Part shown: piece after piece, positions 12,305 to 25,339 of the stretch
Numbering within the stretch: the stretch's first letter is position 1
Layout: every line of letters starts with the position of its first letter
Assembly: GCA_965153455.1 (NCBI GenBank)
Contig: OZ234493.1
Location: 21,256,213 to 21,320,212 of the forward strand
Source of the DNA: Sphagnum compactum
Lineage: Eukaryota
DNA: 64,000 nucleotides
Direction of reading: 5' to 3'
Position numbers and translations under genes: made by a program
The notes under the pieces: model-generated
The model's database searches: none
The model's input: only the letters and a program-made list of their open reading frames with translations
What the model was told of the DNA's origin: nothing

Positions 12305-13271
12305 TCTAGAGCAGGGTACGAGACAAGAAATTGGAGCTCACTATGCAGCTGGATGCTTACAAGCAGCATGTAAGTTTTGCCAGGAGGTCTTTTGCCTCCC
12401 ACCCTATTTCTGCATCGCTCCATCCTTGAAGCCAAAATCTCTTCCCTTACATCTGTTCCCACTATGTCACCAGTCTGCTTCCTGTTTTGTGACATTACAG
12501 CAAGATAATTGTTTTAGAAGCTCACTGTCTGTGGTTTTCTGCTTGCCCAGAAATTGGCCATATTTGTGTGCATCATGACTTCATCATCACTCAGATGGTA
12601 TTGCTGAAGAAAAAGAGCTTGCAAGTTTTTGGGGGGGCCAAGAGATTCCAAGGTAAAGTTTGAGATTCTTCTTGTGTCTGTTATATGCATTTGTGTTGTC
12701 TTGCTTTGCAGAGAGGTTTTGTGAATAATTTGGAGGGTTGCAGAATTGTTTTTCAATTAGTACTATTGTGGTATGGTTTTGCTCATTGAGAGACCTAATG
12801 TGGTCATTAGGGTCACACAACTTGAGTACTGAAAATTTCTTATGTTAAATTATTCCTGAGCCTCATAGATATCCTCTCACATTCTGTGCCATCATCAACT
12901 TGGATTTTCAATCCTATCTCAATTTTTGGGGAGGGAGGTTTTTGAATCTTTGCCCATGATAATTCTGGGCCTAATTTTTTTTTTCTCAATGTGTTATTTT
13001 GTATGTTGATTTGGGTTTTGAGTTGATTGTTGATTGCAGGTGTAATTCAACTCCGAGAAGCACACCTTCATTACTCTTTTGCAGAACAATATGGCAGCAT
13101 CCCAATATTGGTCTTGATACTTTACTCAATTGCAGGTGCAATTTACAAGGCCGTTATTCTGGGCACTATTTGATAAGGAGAGAATCTGTAAGAAGACATG
13201 TATGTTGAGGAGATGTGAAGAAAATGGTCAGCTAATACCATTGCATTGACAAGAAGGAAAATTTTGATGCT

Positions 13272-13527
13272 ATGGTGAGAATCGAATGCATAGCCAGTTT
13301 TTATCATTCAAAAAATTACAGCAGAATTCAACCGGAGGTGGATGATACAGCTTTGACTTAAAACTGGGTGGTGACTGAGAATTGGATGCATACCCAGTTT
13401 TTATCATGTGAAAATCGCAGCAGAATTGAACTGGAGATGATGATAGCTTTGAATTGACAGAACTGGGTGGTGACCGAGAATTGGATGCATGCCCAGTTTT
13501 TTTTTTCAAAAATTGTGGCGAAATTGA
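13272..13527. repeat. ~100-bp tandem repeat, about 2.5 copies
   Basis: GAGAAT(C/T)G.ATGCAT..CCAGTTTTT recurs at 13277, 13377 and 13476. Confidence 0.8.
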
Positions 13528-14046
13528 GTGATCAGTGAAATTGGTTCAAGGATGCAAGAATATGAGTTTGCAACTGGAAGTTAGTCAGTACCACAGATCT
13601 GTTCACCTGTTAATTGACATTCTTCCAGGCAAGACCATACTCCTGAGTCACTCTCATGGTACTATATCATGTTTCATGTCTCTCATGAAGTCTGATGTTG
13701 GATGTGATACTGAACTATGTATTTGTCTTGAGAATGATCCAATACTGGAAGGGGATTTCAGCAAATGTACTACTTGGTCAAAATCTTTGCTGATACACAG
13801 CTCAAATCATGATATGTGTGTTTTATTTGCACTTTGCTTGAAGAGAGAAGAGACTCCATATTTTTTAGTAGGTTTTGGAAGGCAATTGCGGCTTGAACTT
13901 TGGAACCAATTTCTCAGTGACAGCAGCTGTAATTTCTAGGCTGCTTTTTTTTGTATCAAACTAATTTTGCTTTCAAATTACCGAACCAGATCCATGGTTC
14001 CATCACTCTATTGTAAAACATGATTTGGAACCTCATCCCTCTTGGT

Positions 14047-14069
14047 TAAACCCTAAACCCTAAACCCTA
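14047..14069. repeat. Short interstitial plant telomeric repeat (TAAACCC)x3
   Basis: taaaccctaaaccctaaacccta; degenerate copies also at ~3950 and ~11134. Confidence 0.75.
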
Positions 14070-15151
14070 TCACTCTATTGGAAGAGGTTTGTTGGCTATT
14101 GTGTACCAAGTAAGCTACAGCTAGAGTGTGGAGGAGCATTGTCACCAATACGCGCTATTTAGGCCTATACTAATGTTTACCGCATCCAAATAGGGCGATT
14201 ATTCATTTCCCATCCTCACCCATCAACAAGAAGAATTGGATAATATGAAGTGAGACACCGTTGAAATGTCATGTCATGATCATTAAGGCAAATCGTTAAG
14301 TTGGCTAATCACAAGCAAATCATTTTCTTTTTCTTCACCCTTTTGGAGACAATTGACATATTTGTGGATCTAAATGCAATTGCATGCTATTTGTCCATGT
14401 TGCATTTCATCCAAAGTATTTCTATACAAGCCATTAAGCCATTAGTTTCTCACCGGTGTAGATGCTCTCAAGATTATGAACATTTGTTGTGAAAGTAGCA
14501 AATTTGAGATTTAGCTACGACGCCATGTTATATTATTATTATTATTATTATAGTTTTTGAACTTGAGAGGTTGATGGGTAGGTGTAAGTTATGAAGTGTT
14601 TTAAGGAGTTGGGTCATGGTGCAATGAGTAAGTTGAGAATAGACAACCAAAGTACATGACAAAACCATGTTCTAAACCAAACTAACCCGACATATAATTT
14701 GGAAGTGCCAAAATTGTTTATTGAACAATATTACAATGGGGAACCAAGAGAGAAAATTCATCCATAAAAATTGCAACCAAAAACCATAATAAGACGGGAA
14801 TTATGGCAACTTTCACATCTTGTTCACATCTATGGAAACCAGGATGGAATCGACCAAAACTTCTGTCGCAATTGATTTTCCATAACCAGAACAATTGGTA
14901 AATACCACTCACTGTTGGGCAGCAGGGTTTTCTTTTCCCCAATTTTGCGATGTAGCCAAACTGGAGATCATCCACAAGAAGAGTTAGCCAAATTTGGCTA
15001 TAGACCAGATATATGAAACTAGAAAATTTTAAGAACCCTTTTTATATATTTGGCTACCTGTTGTAAAACTTTATTGCCATTTTATGAGAAGCAAGAAAGA
15101 AGGCAGCAGGAGTATGGGAACATGTTTGGCATTTGAGGGATATGTTTTGAT

Positions 15152-15473
15152 CGGTGTTGGGGGCGGTTCTTTGAATTTTTTTAAAGAACCGCCTGTTCTG
15201 GTTCTGTAAATATTCCGGAATCAAAACTAAGCCCGCCGGTTCTGATTATTTCCAAAAAATTAGAGAACTGTTGGCTTTCATGAAAGAGCTGGCAAAGACT
15301 GGCCGGTTCTCTGGCCGGTTCTTTGACCTTTTTTCAGTTTTGAGAGCCATCCATGATTGTAATACTGAAACTGGTTCTTTGGCTTTTTTTTGAGAATGGA
15401 TGGGTACGTGGTGTATACCCAGGTCGATAGCCGATGGGTATCTGTCCCTCATTCTGAGAACTGCCCAACACTG
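15152..15473. mobile_element. hAT-type MITE (~320 bp)
   Basis: Imperfect TIRs CGGTGTTGGGGGCGGTTCT / AGAACTGCCCAACACTG, 8-bp TSD GTTTTGAT / GTTTCGAT (7/8), internal GGTTCT/GAACC motifs. Confidence 0.7.
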
Positions 15474-15599
15474 GTTTCGATACTTTGCATGTTTCTGTTT
15501 TTTTAGTTTTTTCATTGAAAGGATGTACATTTCTTTACAGTGACTTGAAATGCATGGGTTCCCCTCTTGTGTTCAGTGTGCAAGCTTTGCCACAAAGAG

Positions 15600-17660
15600 A
15601 ACAGACATTAGGGTAAACACACCTATGGGCCAACACATGCCCATAGGCGAACACTTATTATGTTCAGGAACTGACCCATGACCAATGGAAACTTAATCCT
15701 TTGAGTGTTCAACTTTTTTCTTATGACCGAATGCTCGCCCATAAACTTTTGTGTTCGGAAATTTACACCCTACGCTCATAAAACGAACTTTTGTGTCCAT
15801 ATATATATATATATAATTTTTATTTTATTTTATTTGTAATTTTTTTGTGTTTGGAAATTTTGTTGTTGTGTTCAAATATGGGTGTTATTTGTGCCCAATT
15901 TTTTTTAAGGTGTTTACTCTTGGTAAAGGGTGGGGCTTTTGGGGTTTCAATAGTGAACCACCACAAGGAATGTTGTGTTTGGTTATAGGGTTATTTAATC
16001 AACATAATTGAAACAACTCAACAGGAAGATGTTCCCACCTTAACAACCTTCACTCAAGAGGCAATGCAATTGCATAACTTGCTAGTTTTGCCCCATCTAC
16101 TTGCAAGACCTACACAAGGCAAAGAACAAATAGTGGATTACTCTAGATCACATATATTAACCTCTACAAAGTATTTGGGAATCCAAAAAAAAAAAGGCAA
16201 TTGACAAAGCAAACAACATAATAACATAATATAACAAAATGAAAGGAAAGGGAGGAAAATAAAGTTGGGAAAGCAGCAACGACGGTGGTTGCAACACAAC
16301 AAGCCATAGAATGAGTAGTTAATCAGTGTGCAAAGGCTCAATTTGATGCAACTTGGGCTGTAACAATAATAAAAAATGCAGGAAACACCTTCCACAAAAA
16401 ATTCCAAATGGGCTAGCATGCACACCCATTGGGATATCAAGTTGTGAACCTCAAATTCTCAATAGAGGCGCAACAAATTGCTAAACATGCAACAATGGCA
16501 AGGCAGCGAACAAATAGGCATATTCTAATACCCACCAAGTTCACAATTGAATGAACATGAAGTGGGGGGAAACAGGAGAGGACCACAATTGTTGTGACTT
16601 TGATAGGTAGGAAAACACGAACAAGAGCATCACAAAAAAAATATGAGGAAGAAGAGCATCATGGAAAGAAGAACAGGAATATCACAGGCCTAAAACAATT
16701 AAATTACTAAGAAAGAGTAGCAAAGGGAGCATCATGGCTTGGAGCAACTAATAAAAGGAACATCACACCTTGGAGCAATTAGTACGAGGAACATCATGGC
16801 TTAGAACAACTAGACCACTAAGAAGCATGAACAAAAAAAACATCATGGCTTGGAGCAACTAAACCGCTAGGAAGCATGAACAAGAAGAGCATCATGGCTT
16901 GGAATCACTAGACTTCTAAGAAGAGGAGCATGAACATCACATAAAAGCAAAAGCAAGAGGAGCATGACAAAAATCACAAGCAAGAGGACCATCATAGCTT
17001 GGAGCAACTAAACCACAAGGAAGCACAAGCAAGAAGAGCATGACAAAAATCACAAGCAAGAGGACCATCATAGCTTGGAGCAACTAAACCACAAGGAAGC
17101 ACAAGCAAGAAGAGCATGATGAAAATCACAAGCAAAAGGACCATCATAGCTTGCAGCAACTGGACTGCTAGGCAACACAAGCAAGAGGAGCATCACGGCT
17201 TAGAACCATTGGACTACTAACAAGAGGAGCATTATGGCTTTGGAGCAACTAGATCACCAAAAAAAAGGAGCATCATGGCTTTGGAGCAATTGGATTGTCA
17301 AGAAGCACAAGCAACAGAAGCATCACAACTTGAAACAATTACACTGCCAAGAAGCACGAGCAAGAAATGCATCACAACTTTGATGGTCTTTTAAGAAAGC
17401 TTAAACAAGAGGAGCAAGAGCATCACCAACTTCAAACAACTTCACTACTAGGAAGCACAAACAAGAAATGCATCATGACTTTGATGGTCTTTTAAGAAAG
17501 CTTGAACAAGAGGAGTAAAAGCATCACCAACTTTGAACAAGAACAACATCACCCAAAAGCTATTAGAGCTTGAAGAAGGAGGAGCTTGTGACTTTGCTAA
17601 AGGAAATGATTATAGAAGCTAGAAAGGAGGTTATGGGGAGAATTATTTTTCCAAGAGTAA
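15600..17660 (+). mobile_element. Decayed DNA-transposon-like element carrying a degenerate tandem array
   Basis: Relic frame LLVLPHLLARPTQGKEQIVDYSRSHILTS at ~16078-16164. Array of GAGCATCATGGCTTGGAGCAACTA units at 16700-17560, including near-perfect 76-bp duplications. Superfamily uncertain. Confidence 0.4.
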
Positions 17661-18253
17661 AAGCATCAAGCTTCATGAAGATTGCCCACTAATGTTTTTT
17701 TTTTTTAAAAATTGCCAAATGTCAATTTTTGATTTCAAAATGGCAAACTTGGGTGTTTTGTGGGCTTTTAAGTCACCAAAATTTGACCCAAAAATAATTT
17801 AAAAATTAAATGCCACCAATTGTTACATTAATGTATAGTAAGTTGCCAAAAATATAGAAGGAGGCTTCAAAATAATTAATTTTCAGATTTTTTTAATTGC
17901 CAAATCTAGCTACATTATCTTTGGAGTGATTGCCACCTTTAGCACTTTGACAAAACTGAAAAAAAACCACTACCACCCGCAGCTTTGCGCCACTCCCAAG
18001 TGCATGCAATAGTAGACCCTAAATTGAACTTGGCTATGCCCATGGCTGTTGGACTTTTTGCCCTTTTTCTAGGAGTATCCTGGCCATGGCTTGTACAGTG
18101 AACGTTTAAAGAATGAAAATTTTTTTGGACACTTTTCATTTGTGAACTGAAAATAGTAGGTAGTGAACCTTCATGCATCGGATCTTGTTTGTACATGGGT
18201 GAAAAAGTTGTCACCCATAGGCTACCATGTGTTCTAAACTTTTTAATTTTGGA

Positions 18254-18458
18254 CATAGTAGTGACATACGAAATACGAGTATTTTTCGAAGGTGCTCAAA
18301 AAGAAGTATTTTCAAGTATTTTTTAAAAAGCATTATAAAAATACAAAGGCTTGAAAATTGGCCTTTGTATCAAGTATTTTCAAGTATTTTTTAAAAAGCC
18401 CAAAAAAACGTAAAATACTCGTATGTTTGAATCGAATTGAGAGTATGTCACTACTATG
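18254..18458. mobile_element. hAT-type MITE (205 bp)
   Basis: Perfect 16-bp TIR CATAGTAGTGACATAC / GTATGTCACTACTATG and perfect 8-bp TSD ATTTTGGA. Internal direct repeat AAGTATTTTCAAGTATTTTTTAAAAAGC x2. Confidence 0.92.
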
Positions 18459-19779
18459 ATTTTGGACTTTTGACCCCTCTCCTTTCAAATCGTTATATTT
18501 CATTCATATTTACTTTGTTTTTGGCAATTTAAAGTGTAATTAGTGCACCCACAGGAGGAGCACATTGTTTGTAACCAAAGTAGCTATCATCCATTGGAAG
18601 ATTTAGCCAAATTTGACTTGAAGTACAAACTTTTAATCATTCTCCTATTTTTTGCTATACATTGAGAACCAAGTATAGAAATCTAGTGATTTTTGCCAAA
18701 AAAAAATCTCACTTCTAGCAATTGCAAACCTCCAAAATCACTTAATTTTCTCATTTTTTATTTTTAGTTTCATTTTTTCACCATATTTTGCCAATAAATA
18801 AGGTCGATTCTTACTCTACTTCAATTGATTCAATCTTGTGGCCAAATTGCAATATGAAATCCAAAAGCCAAATACACTTTTAGAACAACTTGTGCATCAA
18901 TTCAAAACATAACCAATCTACTATTTGACTCATTGATGTTGTTAATCTCAAAATTACCAACCATTCAAGATATATGGAAGCTTTCAATGTATATGCAACA
19001 AATTCATTGTGACAAAAGACCAAATCAACAACTAAGGATTTGAACTATTTATCACCCATTGTAACCTTGATTCAACTCTAAAAAACAATCCCTTTCTTCA
19101 AGAATTATTTTTGTGAATTATAACATTCATGTATTTTAGCACTAGCTAGAATAAAAGCTTGGATGTGAGGCCGAATTGAATCCATACTCTAAACATTATT
19201 TGGTAGTAACAAAATAAAGGTTTGAAAAACAAAATGATTTTGAAGTCCATGTTATTAATTTCAAATATATATACAAAGAATTAAATGTGACTTTTCAAAT
19301 ATGTTAATATTAAAATAATTTGCATATGAATAATAAGGCAATTATAACATTGAACCTTCAATATATTATGACTATTTCTTTTGTTGAATAAAATAGTAAA
19401 CTTAAAAACAGAAAGTATGTTTTACAAGAAAACTCATCATTTTGAACATTTACGATGTGTTGAAACTTATAGTTCATGATGTATTGGATTATTTGTCATT
19501 TTATTGTAAAACAATCATTCCATTTGTTTCATTATTCATACTCTATTTGGGTTACACCAGAAAATTATTCATTGGATTTGACATGATTGTATAAACAACT
19601 TTTCATGGTTAAAATAAAATTTGGTTTTAGCAAAAGAAATGTTGGAAGAAGAAAATAATTTTGGATTGAATGTTATCATTTAAATATTTTTGTTATTGAA
19701 TATATATTTTGGATTATGTTGTTTTATAGTTTTGGTTACAAATTGAAGTGATATCAAATTGTGTGAATGATCCATAACA

Positions 19780-20352
19780 TTCTTGTATGACAAGGTTAGT
19801 ATTGTTTCCCTATAATACCCATTGCCTTTGTTATAGTTTTTGACCTCCATCCCTTAACTAAGTAGATTTCCAAGTTGACATGGCAAATGATTTTAGCTTG
19901 ATAGCAAGGGGAACTTTGTTTCAAGAACTTCACATAGCATGAGGTGACATCATTCAATTCATCCCTTTGTTCACATATTTTATGCTATTGGGGCTACTTA
20001 ATACTACAATCATTGGATTTGTGATGGTGAATTCAAAGTTATCTATTCATCCATGGGTACTCAATAAGTTGATCTTCTTGGTGGCTTGTTGTTTGCCTTA
20101 ACACATTTTAGGGTACTATGATCCATTGCTACTTGTTTCTTTTCATGTATTTCTAACCATTGCAAATTAAACTCACATTTTAGGTCTCCCTTTTACGATA
20201 TCATCAACATTTAATGACCCAACTAGGAATATGTCTTTCTATACAACCTCATAAATGTGTCACATGGTTCCCATTTAACTTGCTTGTAAACTTTGTCATT
20301 TTGACCTTGTTTTACAACTCTTTATATACTATTAAAATACTTGGTTTCCATG
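19780..20352 (+). mobile_element. CRE-like non-LTR retrotransposon relic, RT part
   Basis: FQVDMANDFSLIARGTLFQELH (19868-19933) and MGTQ*VDLLGGLLFALTHFR (20053-20112) match RT motifs DxxNAFN and GxxQGDPLGxxLF. Ends at IKILGF. Confidence 0.7.
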
Positions 20353-20681
20353 CTATTGCACACTATTAGTGATGATCAACTATTTTTTTTTTGTTTCTTA
20401 TGTTCCCATATGGTTTACAATAGTTTACTTATTTATGTCAATGTCAAATTTATTTTGAATCAATCTAAATATCATGGACATGAAAAGACACATGTTAATT
20501 TTCCTTTTCATTTCATGTTGGTGGGTAAGGAAAAGGATTTAAAATAGTTATAAAGATAAGAGATAATTATTAGGAAAGAAGTGAGGTGGTTAAGCTTGGA
20601 AATGAGGAGGTATAAATTGTCTAAAATTTTCTAGGGATAACCATAAGAAGGATTATCCAAAATCAATTGTCCAGTGAATAC

Positions 20682-23600
20682 CAATGTTCTTTTTAGGCAA
20701 ACTTCATTTTTTTTACTTGAAAAAAGGGTCCACAAAAAGAACACCCTAATATTGGTTTTTATATTTTTTTGGGTGTAATGTCATTGAAAGGCTCTTAGAT
20801 TTCACCATTGTAAGGACTTAGGGCAACCACATGTCGCACAAGGGTTCACATTGTTTAGTGTATGTGTTGCCATCTATAGCTTAGGATAATCACAAAGTCA
20901 ATAGATGATGACCATCTAAACGTTCATTTCAGAAATATACCCCCTTGCTTGGACTATCTTTTTTGGTGGTTGGTCATTTTCCATCACTCTCAAATTTGTT
21001 GAGGTTGTTCACCTTTTTCGCTTTTAAATTATGTCACAATGAATTTTAGTGTTCATTGCTAGTGTACACATTCTCCAATGAAATTTGGGGCGATCTTGTA
21101 TTCATTGTGCAACACAATGGACTTCACAATGACCTTTTGTATAACTTACAATGCATAAAAGCTTGTTGGTCAAGCATTTTGCTTGAAGGCTTTAGCTTAC
21201 TACTTCTCAAAATTATTTAACAATTTTAAACCCTAGACTCCTAAAATCTAAAATTATAAATTGTAACCTTAGTACCTACATTGTTTGTGATTAAAACCAT
21301 TTAGGTTTCAGATTCTAGGGCAATTCAACTTGATTTTTGTGAAATGTGGTTGTGCACATTACAATGTGAAATTCTCCAAATTTGATTCTTGAATGAAGTT
21401 CTTTTGGTTAACTTTTAAATCTTAAGTCCTAACCTTAAACCCATTACCCTATTTTTTATTGATTCTTGTGATTAGTGAAGTGCGATTTTGTTGAAAGTCA
21501 TTTGAAATTAAAACTTTGAAAATTGAAACTACAAGTTCCAACATTGAATTGTGCACATTGCGGTTGCCCAATTTCAACATTTATCAAGGCTGAAAGGTGG
21601 GGGAACCAAAAGGGCAGCTAAATTGGCTTGAATTATGCACATTGTGGTTGCCCATTTTTGGCATTCATCAAGGTTCATGGGTGGGGGGACCAAAATGGCA
21701 GCTAAGTTGGAACTTAGTTCAAGTTATGTGCATTACAATTGCCTTTTTTCAACATTCATCAAGATTTGGGGGTGGAGGGATGAAAAGGGTAGTTAAGTTG
21801 GGTAAAGTAAACAATTGGGCCAATGGCCATCTAAGTTTTTCAAAATCCTACATTCTTCCATTTTCATTTATGTTTTTTTTTCCATGCTTTGTAGCCAAGC
21901 TCCTGAACTTTTGAAGGTTTTTGTTTAGTTGTTGTCCATAGTGTGCACTATGCATTATGTAAAGGATGTTGAATTGTGTCACTATAGGACCTAGATGACA
22001 CCCAAAATCTACCCATCCACAAATTTCAAGTTCAAGCATTTGTTTTAAAGAGGTTTAGCCAATTTCAAACCTAAAATTATCTCTAGGATTCATGAAGAAG
22101 AATTTAATAGGCAAGGGGAATTCAAAAATTGTCTTACACAAAACCTTGAACCTACACCTACTATTTGTTGAGATGGATGAAAAAATTGAAGTTTTGCTTG
22201 ATACCTCTAGCCCTAGTGTAGGCACGCCTAAATCTATCCCTTTAAATATAGTTGGCACACCTGCCACTACTAAACAAAGACTTAAGAAAATATACATTAT
22301 TAAAAAGTTGTAAGATGTATGGTCTATGATGATGCTATGTTCTGAAGTAATTTTTGATGTTGGTGGAAACTTTACAGTAGGCTGATGCTAAGTTTGCACC
22401 AATATAGAGCACAAGGATAAATTGTTAGTCCCCAAGTGGGATTCATTAAAAAAACATGTGGGGAAAAGGAAAAATGAATAGGGCATGAAGGTTTTGAATC
22501 TCAAATGCGTTCATGCCAAAAATGAAACAACATATGTCTCAATGAATTAACCTTCTATTTTTTAATATGTTCAAGGTGGAAGTGTGAGAGACAATTAAAG
22601 AAAGGTGATACAATTTGCATTTGTTTTTATGCTACTTGGAAAAGGAAAGCCAATGATTGACTATGAAGATTTCAAGTCCTTGTTTAGCTTTTGGAAGCTA
22701 AAAAACAATCCCAAGAAACATTAAAGTGACATGATCAAATGGGAGATTGTTGAACATGTTTATAACCAAGTTTTGGCAATAGCAAATATTATATTAAGGT
22801 AGTTAGGTTTGCGACATTGACTTGTGATGAAGTGATTACATTAAATAATCAAAGTTGGATATCTATCCATGGCTATTTGTTCAAGAATAATGCATAATCC
22901 CTACTTTGTTTTTGTTGAATGCATTCTTGAGGGTTTCAATGCCCAAAACTTGACAAAAGTAATAATGAGTTTTTATTCAATGTTAAAGGTTTAACAAAAA
23001 TTGAGGTGCTTTCTAGGTTGCTATGTTTTGGTGTAGATGGTATGAACACCTTTCAAGGTGCTGAATGAATGAATTAGTTGATAAACATATGTCAAAGTTG
23101 CCAAGGAATTACAATAATTTGAAATTAAGCTAAAAATTGTGGGGTTATAATTCAAATTCAAGACTTGCATGTTCCTTTTTTGATGGGGATCCACTATATG
23201 GCACACATGATTAATTTGGTAGTTTGGATTTTGTTAGTTTGCCTATAGTGGCACGCCTGAAGGACTTGCTACAATCCATTTACACATTTTTTTGCAAATC
23301 TCAAATTTTTTGCCATCTAGAGTTCATTAAATTGGCCCAAATCATGGAAACAAAAGGCAATAAACTACTTTGTAACATAAGGACCCAATGGATCAATATG
23401 TTGAGTCCATTGAAATGTATGATTGAAGACTATTGCCATTTGTTGATGAAAATGGCAGTTGATTCAATAATTTTGGCCTTGGCAACAAGTAAGTTGGATT
23501 AGTTATATGATGTCCAAGTGATGTTTAACTTACCCTACCTATTACCTATGTTGATTGTTGTGCATTCCATTTTCATGTGTGATTTCATTATCATAATTTT

Positions 23601-25248
23601 CCTTTGTAAGATAAATTTATTTTAAATGTATTGTGTCTAACGATTTAAGTTTTATGGAGATGTTTCAAGCATTTCAATGGGCTAGTGGAATGTGTTGACG
23701 ATACCATCTCCATGATATGGATCACATATTTGAATATTGAAATTGACCACTTGACTTTTGAATTGGGGGGCAACGCATTTGGGCAAGCTACAAAAACCAT
23801 GCCGCTTCTAAATTTTCTTTTATTACTTGGGTTGTTTATGCCAAGGTAGTGGTAGCGATGAAATTGAAGTGTGCATCTATAATTGGAAAGCTAATATTTG
23901 AATTTCGGAATTGTTTTCCCTTTCATGAATTTATGGATGCACTTGGGGTGGTCTATCCCCAATATTGGTTGGTCATGAACTTGAAACTTCCTTTCAATTG
24001 CACTTGAATGTGATCAAAGATGCTTATTGTGTGCCAAAAAAATGTGTTCCTAAGCAAGTTGTCTAAATTTCACTAGTTTTGGACCCTATTGCTTTGGATA
24101 TGCAATGGTCCTTATTTGTTTTGACAATAAAGAAAAATTCCAAGGGTGCAATGGTTGAACCTCATTCTTTAAACCCCTTCACATGCTTATGGAGGCAATT
24201 GACCACATCCCAAATTCTTGTGCAAAGGATGTCAAAGGACATCGAATTGGTTGAAATGCAATTGTGCAAATTTCTAGCTATGTGGAAGATGAAAGGAATT
24301 TAGTACATTGAATTTTATGAAAAGCAAACTTAAGAATTGGTTGATAACACATTTTGATGTTATCATTTGGATGTTTGCTCAACTCTTGAACATTTTCCTT
24401 ATGATCGAACTATTAAAGAATGGAAGGTTGCCCAATGTTAATATGTAGTTGGTGCATAATTATTTTCCTTTGCTATTGGGAAACAATATTTTTATTTTGT
24501 AGTTAGGTTAAGGGGTAATAGGTATGTAGCCATTTTCCCCTATGTCTTTTTGGTTTGCCATTTGTTGCAATTTTTGGGAGTTTTAATTTCAATCTTGAAA
24601 TTTTATTAAGCTTGTTCCTTTTTAAGTTGTTACTTGTGGGATGATGAACTTTTAGGTCTTGGTGACACCATTTGTTTATGGTGGCTTTTGTTTTCATGAT
24701 CTTGGTCATTTTGCCTTGAATCCTATTAACTTTTACAATGGATATTTCAAACTTCAATGTTGAAGATTTGGCCTTAACATCCTTACAATAAGGCCTAAAT
24801 CTTGACTTTTGGAGGTTGTGAAACTATTTAATAATGATCTTGTTGTTTATGTATTGATTGTGTTGTTTACTAATGTTGATTGTATGTTTAGGTCCACCAT
24901 GTGTTGTAGTGGATAGGACCAGATAGGTCAAGGTTCGATTCCATCACATGGCTTTTTAGGGTAAAAAAATTCAAATCATCTACATGTTTAAGAAAAATAA
25001 TGTAATTAATTTTGCTAATGAAAGAACTATTAGCTATTCATTTTCGCATGTATGTGCCTACTAAAATTAAGGTCACCGTGTTAACACAAAACTAAGAAAA
25101 AAAGGGGCAATTGTTTAATTTTTATTTATTTATTTTGCAAATAGCTAAAAAATTTAACTTTTTTTATCTTCATGTAGCCAAATTGTTGCCCAATGGGTCC
25201 ACTAGCTAGCCAACTTGGCAACATGGGGAATATGAAAAAAAAACATTG
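20682..25248 (+). mobile_element. Full-length but decayed hAT-superfamily DNA transposon (~4.6 kb)
   Basis: TIRs CAATGTTCTTTTT / AAAAAAACATTG, 8-bp TSD GTGAATAC / GTGAAGAC. Transposase relics: TLTCDEVITLNNQSWISIHGY (22814-22876), KLLCNIRTQWINMLSP (ORF 23224), and dimerisation-like VEDER..FSTLNFMKSKLKNWL (~24282-24343). Confidence 0.8.
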
Positions 25249-25339
25249 GTGAAGACCATGTGAAGGATTACAAAAAATCTCCCATATATTATTTTTTGAA
25301 ATGTTTCATGACTAGAATGAAGAGTTAGGTTCAAATCTC

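Noticed and set aside
16700..17560. Repeat-spacer appearance
   Set aside because: The intervening segments are related to each other; this is a degenerate tandem array.
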